In this document: in pieces, positions 48,943 to 61,479 of the stretch
Position numbering within the stretch: position 1 is the stretch's first letter
Layout of the letters: every line of letters starts with the position of its first letter
Source: Okamejei kenojei
Taxonomy: Eukaryota
Reading direction: 5' to 3'
Length of the DNA: 64,000 nucleotides
NCBI GenBank assembly: GCA_035221665.1
Contig: CM069146.1
Location: forward strand, 29,574,001-29,638,000
Program-made: the position numbers and the translations under genes
The notes under the pieces: model-generated
Seen by the model: only the letters and a program-made list of their open reading frames with translations
Databases searched by the model: none
What the model was told of the DNA's origin: nothing

Positions 48943-50960
48943 CCATGGAGGTAAGGGGGCCTGGTTCCTCTCAGACCGTAGCATCCCTTCCTGCACAAAT
49001 TGGTGGGCGATTGCGGGCCTTTTTGGGAATATGGAACACTATCACTACAGATGAGTTTATTTTACAACGTGTTCAAGGCTATGTTATAGAATTCATTGGC
49101 AATAAAAATCCCCCTACACAGCATTCGCCTCATCGGAAATTTACATGATCCCAAAAAGAGGTGGAAGCAGGACATGCTGAAATTATACGGCTAGCAGCAA
49201 AAGGGGTGATGGGAAAAACAACGCACGAACCCCTTGAGTTTGTGTCCAACATTTTCACCAGAGTTAAAAAAGATGTGGGGTGTCGGATTATTATAGACCT
49301 AACTGAGCTGAACACTTTTGTACAATATACCCACTTCAAAATGGATACCTTTGAAACAGCCAAGCAGATGCTTTACCCGGGGTACTTTATGGCATGCATC
49401 GATTTAAAAGATGCATACTATACGGTGCCCATCACTGAATCTCACAGGAAATTTCTAAAATTTGTCTGGAAGGAACAATTATGGGAATACAAAGCATTGC
49501 CCAATGGAATCACCACAGCCCCTAGGCTGTTTACAAAATTAGTAAAGCGTATATTAGCTCTTCTCCGACAACAAAATTACATGGTTATGGCATATTTAGA
49601 TGATATCCTAATAGTGGGTCAGACCCTCCAATTGGCTACATGGGCAGTGACTGCAACTAAGGCTTTATTCGAGAAGCTGGGATTTGTAATCCATCCAGAC
49701 AAGTCAAAATTGCACCCGGTACGGGTTATGGATTATTTGGGGTTCACCATAGACACCAACTTAATGATGATTACCATCCCAACCAATAAAGCTAACTGCT
49801 GTAAAAGAAGAGTGCCACAGTCTTGCTTGCGCCAGGGTACCGACCATCCGGCAAACAGCAAAAGTAATAGGGAAATTGGTAGCTCCATTCCCAGCTGCAC
49901 AATTCGGACCGCTACACTACCAAAATTTACAAAGAACAAAGATCGCAGCATTAAAAGCAAATGCTGGGCACTTTGAACGACCAATCCGGTTACCACCAAA
50001 GGCTAGAACTTTTTGGAAGTTCCTCTTCCGGTGGACCCCAAATTGATTACTCACCCCATTACGGGGGATGAGGTTCTAAACAGACCACTCATCAAGGCGG
50101 GCATCTCATAGGTGGATTGACGCGAGTGTCGCAGACCCATCATAGTAAGCAACCCATCTGTCGTGCTACAAATTGACGCAAGCGCACAAGGCTGGGGAGC
50201 AACTGATACTATGTCCAGTTGTGGTGGCAGATGGGACTCTCGTGAGTCTACCTTCCTTCAGTCATACGGGATAAATTATATAGAAATGCTAGGGGCATTT
50301 CATGGACTGCGGGCTTACTGTACTAACTCACGGGACTTACATGTCCGCCTCCAAATAGATAACACAACAGTGGTGGCTTACATCAATCATATGGGTGGTA
50401 TCAGGTCGCTATCTTGTGATGAATTGGCAAACACAATTTGGCACTGGTGCATGGAGAGGAATATTTGGATTACAGCGACCTATTTGCCACGGAAGCTTAA
50501 TACAGTGGCAGACATCAGGTCACGTGTATTCACTGACAACATCGAGTGGATGTTGAACCCCCAAATTTTTGGAGACATTATAGCTCACTACGGGACACCA
50601 GATATTGACCTTTTTGCGTCCAGGTTGAACCATCAGATACCAACGTATGTGTCTTGGGAACCAGACCTTGGGGCAATAGCAATGGATGCGTTTTCTATCC
50701 ATTGGGGGAAATGGTTTTGCTACGTATTTCCCCCATTTTGCCTCATCAGTCGGGTATTGCAGAAAATTAAACTGGACTCTGCAACTGGCATATTGATCAT
50801 TCCCGACTGGCCTACACAGCCATGGTACCCGATGGTCCTTAAAATTTTGAAACAACCATGGATTTCGATTGGGAAACACCCCAAATTGATTACTCACCCC
50901 ATTACGGGGGATAGTCATCCATGCCATGGTCACCTAAACTTGTTGGCCTGCAGGTTCTAA
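48867..50960 (+). pseudogene. DIRS pol (RT-RNaseH-adenine MTase-like), disrupted
   Basis: DLKDAYY, YLDD, DAS..GWG, DNTT, DLFAS and FPPF; nonsense at ~49146, +1 frameshift at ~49795, insertion 50010-50110. Confidence 0.92.
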
Positions 50961-51916
50961 AAAGACCACTCATCAAGGCGGGCATCTCACCACGAGCCAT
51001 GGAACTCATCTCAGCATCATGCCGAGAATCAACTTGGAAGCAGTACCTCACGCAGATCAGGAAGTGGGAGGCATTCTGTGCTTGTACCAACACGACTTCC
51101 AACACGGCAATTATCCCTGATGTCCTGGAATTCCTAGCTGGCCTCCATTTCGATGCTGGCCTTAGCTACAGTGCCATCAGCAGCGCCAGGAGTGCACTGT
51201 CCTCATACCTGGATATAGGTATAGGCTCAAACCACCTGGTGTCTAAACTCATGACGGGAGTGTTCAACACCAACCCTCCACGACCCAGATACACCTTCAC
51301 CTGGGATGTAGGGATTGTTCTGACCCAACTGAGGAGCTGGGCTCCAATGAATGAGTTACCACTCAAGCAGCTCACCTCAAAGTGGTGATGCTGATGGCAC
51401 TGACTACAGCCCAACGAGTCCAGACATTACAAACACTGCGGCTGGATAGCATGGTGGCCACCCCTGATCAAATAAATTTCTTTGTCCAGGATTTATTGAA
51501 GCAGCACAGGCCAGGGGCTTCATGGGCTGCAGTTGGAGTTTCGGGCATACCCTGTAGATGCCACTCTCTGCATAGTCACCCATCTCCACCACTATATCCG
51601 AATTACAAGAACCATCAGGAAGAAGGAGCAGGGGCTCCTCATCAGCCACAAACCTCCGCATCATCGGGTGACTGTACAGACTATCGCCAGGTGGCTCAGG
51701 GTGGTGTTGGATGCAGCAGGAGTTGCTACTAACATTTTAAAATCTCATTCCACTAGGGCTGCATCCACATCAGTGGCGAGGACCATGGAGGTGCCCATGG
51801 ACCACATCCTCGCCACTGCAGGCTGGGCCAGTGAAGAAACCTTTCAAAGGTTCTACAATAAGCCACTGGTCGCCCCCGCGACATTTGCAGAAGCTGTGCT
51901 GGGAGCCGCTCAGTGA
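50921..51916 (+). pseudogene. DIRS tyrosine recombinase, two frameshifts
   Basis: TAQR (R), HSTR (HxxR), AGW and FQRFY (Y) catalytic pattern, spread over ORFs 50921, 51382 and 51533. Confidence 0.92.
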
Positions 51917-52445
51917 ATGTCTGTCCCCGAATCAGGGGTTATTTGTTTGTTATTATTTGATTAATAAATTGTATTACTTTTTCAGCCAGTTTCGACTGAA
52001 CTGCATTAACAGCCTTCCTCTATCAGAATTGCGGCAGTGTGATAGCATGGACGTTGTCCAGGGCGAGAAATCACAGAGCTTTGAAATCTTCACGAAGTCA
52101 CTCACGTGACTCCGAAGTAAAATAGTAAGATTAAACGAGAACTTACCGAGTTTGAAGGTTGATCTTTATTTTACGAGGAGTCGCGGTGAGGGATTTTGTG
52201 CCCCCCGCTCCCACCCTCTATCGTAAGGTCAACTCGGAAGTTCTACGTTCTTCATCTTACTATTTTCAGTCATGGTGCGTTCTGTGATTCCACACCGCTG
52301 CTTTGAAGGATGTCGCGCATGCGTGCTGGCGGGGTCTTCACGAAATCCCTCACCGCGACTCCTCGTAAAATAAAGATCAACCTTCAAACTTGGTAAGTTC
52401 TCGTTTAATCCTACTATTATAAGTTCTCGTTTAATCTTACTATTA

Positions 52446-53012
52446 TACTGCATCTGCCACGCATCTGCCCACTCACTCAACCTGTCCAGGTCACCCTGCA
52501 ACCTCCAAACATCCTCTTCACAGTTCACACTGCCACCCAGCTTTGTGTCATCCGCAAAGTTGCTAGTGTTGCTCCTAATTCCCTCTTCCAAATCATTAAT
52601 ATATATGGTAAACAGTTGCGACCCCATCACCGAGCCTTGCGGCACTCCACTCGCCACTGCCTGCCATTCTGAAAAGGACCCGTTCACTCCTACTCTTTGC
52701 TTCCTATCTGCCAACCAAATTTCTATCCATGGCAACACCCTACACTCAATACCATGTGCTCTAATTTTAGTCTCCTGTGTGGGACCTTATCAAAGGCTTT
52801 CTGAAAGTCTAGATACACTGCATCCACTGGCACCCCTTCATCCATTTTACTTGTCACATCCTCACAAAATTTCAGAAGATTAGTCAAGCATGATTTCCCT
52901 TTCATAAATCCATGTTGACTTGGACTAATCCTTTTACTGCTATCCAAATGCCCCATTATTACCTCTTTAATAATTGACTCCAGCATCTTTCCCACCACCG
53001 AAGTCAGGCTAA
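52446..53012 (-). mobile_element. Young CR1 LINE, RT part
   Basis: SQHGFMKGKSCLTNL, YLDFQKAFDKVPH, GVPQGSV and FADDTKLGG. Confidence 0.92.
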
Positions 53013-54059
53013 CATTCATTTGAGAAAACAATTCTGCCACAAATGAGGAGGTAAAGGAAAGTTGTGTAACTCACTTTCACCCCTCACTTAATGCTATTCT
53101 AATAAATGCAATTATTTCTTAAACTCAATTTCTATTTATTTATTTGGTTTTGAAAGCTATATTTATTTTTTAATTATTTACAACAATTTCAAAAGCTACC
53201 TCAGCAATAGAACACCACAGACCACCTCTTGCACTGCCATGCACTTGTTTTCCAATAATGTTTTGTTTATTATGGTTTTGTTTTTGAGTATTTTTCTTTT
53301 ACTGTCTAATTTGCAGTATCTGTAAGTTATTGCATGACTATGTACCTGTGATATTGCTGTGAAGATTTTCATTGTTCCTGCACATCACTGTTCTTGTACA
53401 TATGATGATGAACATGCCTTTACTTGATTGCTATAGACAAATGTCTGAATAGCAGAGACACTTAAACACTGTTGCAAAACCTTAAACATTTTGACAGGGT
53501 CAGGCCTCTACCCTTGGTTCTACTTTCTGTGCAAGACTGTCAAGTGTTGCCAAGAAGGGGCTGAGGAGGACACGTCCTGGGCCTCTGCAGAGGGCTCACT
53601 GTCCATCATTGGCTTCAATTTGCACATCTAGGTTATGCCTTCAGGCTGCAAGTCTGTGCAGCAGTTGAATCCACTGTGACTTGGCTCAGTTTAACTTCAA
53701 TATTACACAAAAGCAATTTATTCACAGCCACCACCTATCTACTATTGACATAATCACCATCTGATCTAAATAGAGAGTCAGTGTATTATCAGTAAATATC
53801 AAATGCCGTGTCCTTGTCTTCTTCGGCACTTCTTTGGGATCGAGCATGACTTACTGCCACTTGTTTTCTGTGGGCACTGAGGAGTTGATGAGACCAAAGT
53901 GGCACCAGCAGTCTTTTATACAAGGTGGGGCAAGAGGTTGTTTGTGAGAGGGCACACTTCACCTACTATTTACTCCGGGCTTCTGTGTTCGTGGACACAA
54001 GGTTCTCCATACTATCCTGAATGCTCCTCCACATTCTGCTCCATCTCACAGCAACATAT

Positions 54060-54720
54060 CGGATGCAGCCGTACCACAATTCCTGAATGACAACATGCCA
54101 ACTGAACAACAAGACACGAGAGGTGGATAGCATCCCTGCCAAAGTTTTAGAACGTGGAGGTGAAAAGCTTCAGTGACAAAAGCTATTCCAGTATATCTCA
54201 GACAGCATAATGCTGATTATCTCCAAGAAATATGGATGAATATGACTGTGGCATCTCCAGAGAGCTCTCTTGCTACCTGCCGCAAGGAATGTCCACCTCC
54301 AATACTAATTCCATGGCCAGAGGACTGCTCCCCGAGTCAAAGTGCAGATTCCGTCCATACAGAGGCACAATCAATAAATCAATCAATCAGTTTTATTCAT
54401 CACAAACACAATAAAGTGCCGTGAATGTAATTTGCCAGCAGCGGTACAATCAAAAAAGAACACACAATACACAATAAAACACCCACCACAACATTCTTCA
54501 CTGTGGGTGGAAGGCACAAAGTACAGTCAGTCCACCTCCATTGTTCCCCCGTGGTATGGGCCATAAGCCACAATGGATGTGATCTTTACTGCTCCACAAC
54601 TTCAAACAAAATGCAGGGAGCAACAGCAGCCACAACACATGGCCTTCTTCAACCTGGTAGAGACCTTTGAATCTGTCAAATAAGGCGGAAGGTGGAGATC
54701 CCTCCTCAAATTCACCTGCC
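54060..54720 (+). mobile_element. RTE-clade LINE RT remnant
   Basis: DSIPAKVLERGGEKL, LLPESxCxFRPxRGTMDVIFTAxQLQxKCREQ..AFFNL motifs; interrupted at 54372-54568. Confidence 0.75.
54372..54568 (-). mobile_element. 5'-truncated retroposon 3' end with (ATTG)n tail
   Basis: TSD CACAAT at 54366-54371 and 54569-54574; removing the insert restores the RTE reading RGTMDV. Confidence 0.7.
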
Positions 54721-55749
54721 CACGGAAAGTGTCTCCACCTTCTGCCTCCTTTGAGAAAGCATGTTTCTAACCAATGGATTAATATCGGTGGGCTAGTGTC
54801 AAGCAAGGCCGTTGTACTGCTCCAATCCACTGCAATGCTGCACCTCAGCTCCAATACACTTCCTGCTCAACCCACATCATGTCCATTCCAAAGGTAGAGC
54901 ACCATTCCCTCCCTCCTGAGCTGAGGACCCGAACTGTGGCATGAATGCATTAATTACACCATTTTGGTGTGCTTTCAACTGCTTAGATCTGAAATCCCCT
55001 GCCTAAACCTCTTTTATCCTTCTCCTTTACCTTATGTGTATCTGTATTCTATTTTGTTTGATAACAATCTAATGATGCAGAGTGAACAGTTTAACTGTGC
55101 TTAATGCAATCTGTTGGTGCTTTGGTATGGGTTTACACATAAATAGCGCAATATAGAAATAAATTAAAAGTGTGATAAAACTGAGATTATGGAGTTAAAA
55201 GATGAGGAGGCCAGTGCTGTGATGATATCAGTGTGGAGTTCCAAGATGATCAATATTGTGATACAATATGATCGGTAGAGATTTATAACATGATCAACTT
55301 AATGTTACATCATGGTAAATTATCTTGCATTATGCTTGAAAAAGATTAACAATAAGGTCCATGCAGTCCTATAATTTGTCTCTGAACAGTTACAATGATA
55401 TACAGTTTAGATATGATCAATATACAGGAACAATTTGAATGTAAAATATATAGCCCATTAAACTGGTTACTATACTCTAATGATTTAAACAAGATAGTTA
55501 GTATGTATGATAAACAACACTGTAGACATGTTACAAAATAATTTCACTGTATAATTATTTGATTAACAATGCAGCGAGGGTATCCTATAAATAATGCAGG
55601 CAAATGTTAATGGAGGTGGGTTATTCTGAGAACTGAAGCAGAACTACGGTGGCATTGTGAGATAAATGTTGTCAAAGATTGATCAGTAAAACCAAAATCC
55701 TGACTTGATGAAGAACAGCTCCATCTATCGAGCATTTGGTGCCAAGCCA

Positions 55750-56990
55750 TTCCAGTGAAGTATCACCAACGGCCAAATGTGCACTGGCACCATCCCCCAA
55801 TTCTTTCTCTTCTACATCGATGACTGTAACAGGACTGCCTCCTGCACGCGTGCAGAACTCGTTTATTTCATTAACTTTACCACTAACTTCCACTCTGTCA
55901 TTAAATTCACATGGACTATCTCTGACACTTCTCTCCCCATTTTCTCGATCTCTCTTTCTCTATCGCAGGGGACAGACTATCGTCTACTACAAACCTACCG
56001 ATTTCCACAGTTAACTGGACTACACTTCCTATTTCTCCATCTCCACTGCATCTGTACCCAAGATATGGCTTTCCATTCTAGGACGTCTGCAATGTACTTA
56101 TTCTTTAGTAAACATGGGTTTCCCCTCTGCTGTCATAGATGGATCCCTTACCCACGTCTCTTCTATGTCCCATAGTCTGGCAATCGTCCCCCCACCTCCT
56201 AAACAGAACAAGGATAGATTTCCCCAGGTCCTCAATTTTCACCCCACCAGCCTTCGCATCTAACATATCATCTTTCAACGTTTCCTTCACCTCCAACGTG
56301 ATCCAACCACCAGTCATATATTCCCATCTCCACCCCTTCACTGCTCCCTTCACAATTCCTTGGTTCACTAATTCCTTCCCACCCAAACCATCCCCTCCCA
56401 GGGTACTTTACCATGCAACCACAAGAAATTTAACAACTATCCCTATACCTCCTCCCTCACGTCCATGCAGGGACCTTTGCAGTCTTTCCAGGTTAGACAG
56501 AGGTTCACATGCACCTCCTCTAACCTCATCTACTGCATCTGCTGTTCCCAACATGGCCTCCTGTACATCAGCGAGACTAAGCGTGGACTCAGCGACCATT
56601 TTACCGAACACGTGTGTTCGTTCTGAAGGCCTATTGGTTCTCCCTGTTGCTAACCATTTTACCTCTTTCCCATTTGCACAATGACCTCTCTGTCCTGGCA
56701 CCCCTCCGTTGCCAGAGTAAAGCCATAAGCAAACTGGAGGACCAACACCTCACATTCCACTTGAGTTGCATACAACCCTGTGGTAGGGACATAAATTCTC
56801 CAATTTCAGGTAACTACAAAACCTTCCCCTTCTCCCTTCTTACCCTACCCTCCACCCCCCTCCCCCCCACCTCTTCTCCTTCATCTCCCTGTGCCTCACC
56901 TGGATTTGCACCTATATATCTCCCCACCTCATCCTCTACCACCTACATCCTTTCCTCTAGCTTCACAATTTGCAAATCTTCAATCCTTTT
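55750..56990 (+). mobile_element. Penelope-like element remnant (RT end plus GIY-YIG endonuclease)
   Basis: FYIDD, VYYKPTDFHS, RQRFTCTSSNLIYCICCSQHGLLYISETKR..HF.EH. Confidence 0.85.
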
Positions 56991-57002
56991 ATTTCACACC
57001 CT

Positions 57003-57745
57003 AAAGGGCCTGTCCCACTTAGGCGACTTTTCTGGCGACTGCAGGAGACTATGCAGTCGCCACAAGGTCGCCACATGTTCGCAGGTAGTTGCCGGGGAGT
57101 CGCCTTCATGGTCGCATGGAGTTCCCGCATTCTGGGAACTAATTGCGGCCTCATTACAGTCACCGCAAATGTTTCAACATATTGAAAAATTAGCAGTGAC
57201 TAGAATGAAGCCGCCATGGAGAGTTTGGAGAATTCACGTATCGTAGGTGGGTTGCCAGGAGGTCCCCAGTGGATTGCCAGGAGGTCGAAGGTTCTCGGAG
57301 GTTCTCATAGGTTGTAGCCGGTGCTGACTGGTGAATTTCATTGGCTCATTGGGAAAACAAAAGGTAAGCAGTAGTTTTCTGATCCAAGGATAACTGACAG
57401 GTAATGTTAATGTCTGCCGAGCTTCACAGCCGTGTATCTCTGGCTTCTTAAAAATTGTCCCCACTCCTTCTCCACCCCTTCTCCACTCTTCCCCCCCCCC
57501 CCCCCCCGTCTTTTAAAGGACTTACCGTACATTGTGCTAGCTGTCTTAATTACAGCGCCAACCTTCCTGTTCATCGTGGTGTGTGTCTGTATCACCTTGG
57601 CTTTGCACCGTGTTAATTTTTTAGCCAGCGCTCCCACCGCTTGCCCTGTCCCCCGCCTGCATTATGGGCTGGTGAAGGAAGCGATGTGTTTGTGTGTGTC
57701 TGTGTGTTCCACTCTGACAGACACCGTTCCAGTTGCCAGTTTTTC
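57003..57745. mobile_element. Harbinger-like MITE, one end
   Basis: TIR aagggcctgtcccactta; second TIR not seen. Confidence 0.55.
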
Positions 57746-58259
57746 AGGTTCAATGAAGACCCCCCTCATTCTTTTAAACTCCAGTGCTGACAAAAACGTT
57801 CTATGTATTTTCTATATATTGTCTAAACGATCTATTGTCCGATTGTCTAAACACTCTATGTATTGTCTAGCTCATTATATCTGGGTGAGTACGATGCCGC
57901 TTCCTGACGTCTGGGCTGGTGTAACAACCTGCTCCTGATATCTTGATCAGTGTAATGTCCAGCCTCTGATATTTGGGTTGACGTAATTGCACTTGATATC
58001 CTGGTCTGCATGGTAATAAAACCCTGTCATTACGTCAAATTAAATATGTGGAAGGTTTTGTTCTGGTTCAAACATCAGGATGGTGTTTTTACTCTCACCC
58101 AAATTATGAAATCTGATCAATTCTACCTTCCAAAATCTCAGAAATGGGATGTCATTCAAATGAAATAACAGGTCCATGATACACTCACATGAACATAGCT
58201 TAGCATTATCCATCACAGATGTTAAACCAGGCAAACCTCCAAGACACTGCAAGCAATAT

Positions 58260-58870
58260 CCAAATATCAGTGTTTGGACATAGCTCAAAGACATCAGAAA
58301 CGGAACATTAGTGCAAACTAATTAGTCTGTCCAGTACATCACATAAACCAGCCTCCCATCCCCATCAACTCAATTTACATTTCCCAATGACTGGGGAAAG
58401 AAGCCAACATAATACAAGTCTGAAGAAGAGTCTCGACCCGAAGCGTCATCCATTCCTTCTCTCCAGAGATGCTGCCTGTCCCGCTGAGTTACTCTAGCAT
58501 TTTGTGTCTACCTTCAATTTATACCAGCATCTGCAGTTCTTTCCTACACATAATACAAGGACCATGTACACCCAGTCATTTTCTCTTCTCTCTTCTCCCA
58601 TCATGCAGAAAATACAAACATTTGAAAGAGTATGCTACCAGATTCAGGAACAGCTTCTTCCTTGCTGTAATCAGATGACTGATAACAGAAGAAACCAAGT
58701 GCCTTACCCTGATCTCCCCACCTACATCATTGCAGCCCGTTCACTTTTTTTCAATTGCACTTTATCTGCAGCTGTAACACTGTAACATTATGTTTTGTAC
58801 TGTAGCATTTATCTATTTGCCCAACCTATTTAACTTGTGTATTGTTTGTTTTTACTCGTGCATGCTATGA
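58260..58870 (+). mobile_element. Rex1/Babar-like LINE 3' end with nested Penelope-like repeat
   Basis: FSLLPSCRKYK..TRFRNSFF motif; insertion at 58419-58550 flanked by cataatacaag duplication. Confidence 0.65.
58419..58550 (+). mobile_element. Penelope-like pLTR fragment with degenerate hammerhead core
   Basis: CTGAAGA-stem-CGAAG then ttctctccagagatgctgcctgtcccgctgagttactctagca; TSD-like cataatacaag on both sides. Confidence 0.7.
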
Positions 58871-58874
58871 TTTG

Positions 58875-59520
58875 ATAGTTTAGTTTAGTTTATTATTGTC
58901 ACGCACCGAAGTACAATGAAATTGTTTTTTTTGTATGCTCTACAATCAAAGAAAAGACTATACATGAATACAATCAAACTGTCCACAGAGCCCAGGTAAA
59001 AGATAAAAGGTACAACATTTTGTGCATGATATACCGATAAAGTCCGATTACAGGTAGCTCAAACACATCAATGAGGTAGATAGCAGGTCAGGACTGCACT
59101 CGAGCTGATGACAGGACTGTTTAGTTGCCTGATAACAGCTGGGAAAAACCTGTTCCTGAATCTGGAAGTATGTGTTTTTAAACTCGTGTACCTCGTACCC
59201 ATTGGGAGTGGGGAGAAGAGGGTGTGAGTGGGGTGAGACTGGTCCTTGATCATGCTGGTAACCTTGCCGAGGCAATATGAAGTGTAGGTGGAGTCGATGG
59301 AAGGAAAGCTGATGATTTGTGTGATGGTTTAGGCTACATCCATAACTCTGCAATTTCTTGCAGTCTTGGATGGAGCTGTTCCAAAACCATGCCGTGATGC
59401 ATCCCTATAAGATGCTCTCTTCACCGCATCTATTGAAGTTGATGAGGATTTTAGGAGACATCCTAAGCGCTCAAAGGAAGTAGAGGCATTGGTGTGGTTT
59501 CTTGGCTATAGCTTCTTTGT
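58875..59520 (-). mobile_element. Rex1/Babar-like LINE 3' end
   Basis: IKDQSHPTHTLFSPLPMGTRY..TSRFRNRFFP (ORF 59068..59253) and (CTAAA)n tail. Confidence 0.7.
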
Positions 59521-60900
59521 TCATAAGTTCATAGGTCCAAAGGACATAGGAGTAGAATTAAGCCATTCAGCTCATCGAGTCTTCTGAAAATCCAAATAAA
59601 CAACGTCCACTGACTCTCCTTTGTCCACCTTGCTATTTATTTCTTCAAAGAACACATTTGTCAGGTAACATCTCTCCTTCACAAAACCATGATGAATTTG
59701 GTCTATTTTATTATATGGTTCTTACTAGGATATCTCATCCTTAATAATGGACTCAAAAATCTTGCCAACCACTGAAATCCAGACTAACCGGCCAGTAGTT
59801 CCCCTCCTTTGGCTTGCTCCCTTCTTGAACAATGGAGTAACATTTTAAATTTTCCAGTCCTCTGGGCCAGCAATTGACTAGTGATTCTTGAAAGATCCCC
59901 ACTAATGCATAATCTCTAAAGCTACCTCTTTCAGAATGCTGGTTGTAGTCCATCTGGTCCAAGTGACTGATCCAACTTCAGACCTTTCAGCTTCCCATGC
60001 ACCTTCCCCTTCGTAATGGCAACTCCACTGACATTTACCCCTGTCTCTCTTAAATTTCAGGCACATTGCTGATGTCTTCTGCTGTGAAGATTGACACAAA
60101 AAATTCAATTTAACCACCATATCGTTATTTCCCATTACTACTTCTCCAGCATAATTTTCTAGCAGTCCAATGTCCAATGTTCTCTTTTTGCCTTTCTTTT
60201 ACTCGTTGTATTTCTGAATAAACTTTAGGTTTCTTCTGTTATATTTTTGGCACGTTTGCCTTCATATTTCAACTTTTTTCCTCCTTATTGTCATTTTAGT
60301 AGCCTTCTGTTGGTTTTTGCAATGAAAACATCCCACGTTTTCCGAATTCTTTCCAGAAACTCCTGCCATTGCTGCTCCACTGTCTTTCCTTCTAGGGTCC
60401 CCTTTCAATCAACTTAAGCCAGCTCCACCCTCATGTCTCTGCAGATATTCAACAGTAATACCGACACGTCAGATATCATCTTCTCCCTCGCAAACTGCAG
60501 GATGAATTTGATCATATTATGATCACTACCTACTAATGGTCCCTTTAGTTTAAGCTCTATAATTAAATACAGTTCATTACACAACACCCAATCCAGATTT
60601 TCTTTTTTCTAGTAAATCCGAAGCCTTCTCATAGGCACTCCACAAATTCCTTCTCTTGGGATACAGTACCAACCTGATATTCCTAATCTACCTGCATATT
60701 GAAATCACCCATGACTACTGTAAGATTGCTGTACTTACATCCCGATTGTATCTCCTGAAATAATTTGGGCTGTACATCCTGACTACTGTTCGGCGGCCTG
60801 TATATAACTCACATCAGAATATTTTCACTCTTGCAGATTCTTAATTCAACCTACAAGGATTCTACATCTTCTGATCCTATGTCAACCCGTGCTAAGCATT
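59520..60900 (-). mobile_element. CR1 ORF2 remnant (endonuclease to RT start)
   Basis: VVMGDFN, SDHNMIKF and GNYWPVSL motifs on the minus strand. Confidence 0.75.
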
Positions 60901-61479
60901 GAATTTAGGATCGAACCTGGGTCTCTGGCGCAGTATGGCAGCAAATCTACTGCTGCGCCACTGTGCCGCACTTCTATTGGGGTAACATCTCATCTTAAGT
61001 AATTAGTTGGGTTAATGTCCAGTTTCTGATAATTAGATGGCATAGCAGCCAATGCTTAATTTTTAAACCGATGCAGTAACATGTCACCGGTAAGTTGTCT
61101 GACTACATTTCTAACGTTCAAATGGATCTCTGTCCAGACCTTGATGTTTGGATTAAGGCACTGCGGTGGAATGTATCCTCAATAAGGTTTGTATTATAGT
61201 TATTTGATAATTTAGTGTCTTAGATAATTTGGTAATTTTGTATTATCACATGTTACCACGGTTTTTGTTTGTAAATATTATTTTGTATCATAATTGAATA
61301 AATTATTTTTGATTTAAAAAAAAGATGTTTGGAATAAGCAAAGTCCTGTTCCCCACCTTCAGACTGGAGAAGTGTCCAGTTCCTGATATGTGAGTGGCAG
61401 CAATGTGCCATCCTGATACTTGATTGAAGTGGCACCCAGTTCCTGATTTTTGGACAGCAGCGAAGACTGAGATTCAGAA

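Larger units (their letters stand above)
46978..52445 (+). mobile_element. Full-length DIRS1-like YR retrotransposon, family 1
   Basis: Left ITR 46978-47035; ICR ~52088-52196, complementary to both the left end and the right extension; right ITR 52311-52342 plus extension to 52445; gag, RT-RH-MT and YR in order; no TSD beyond a shared TATT. Confidence 0.97.

Noticed and set aside
53810-53910. Possible ribozyme upstream of the RTE remnant (ttgatgagacc..., cttcttcggcac...)
   Set aside because: Too degenerate to assign HDV or hammerhead helices.
56614-57938. ORFs of 210 and 168 aa, the second with a hydrophobic stretch
   Set aside because: They lie in Penelope 3' and MITE sequence, with no splice or domain support.
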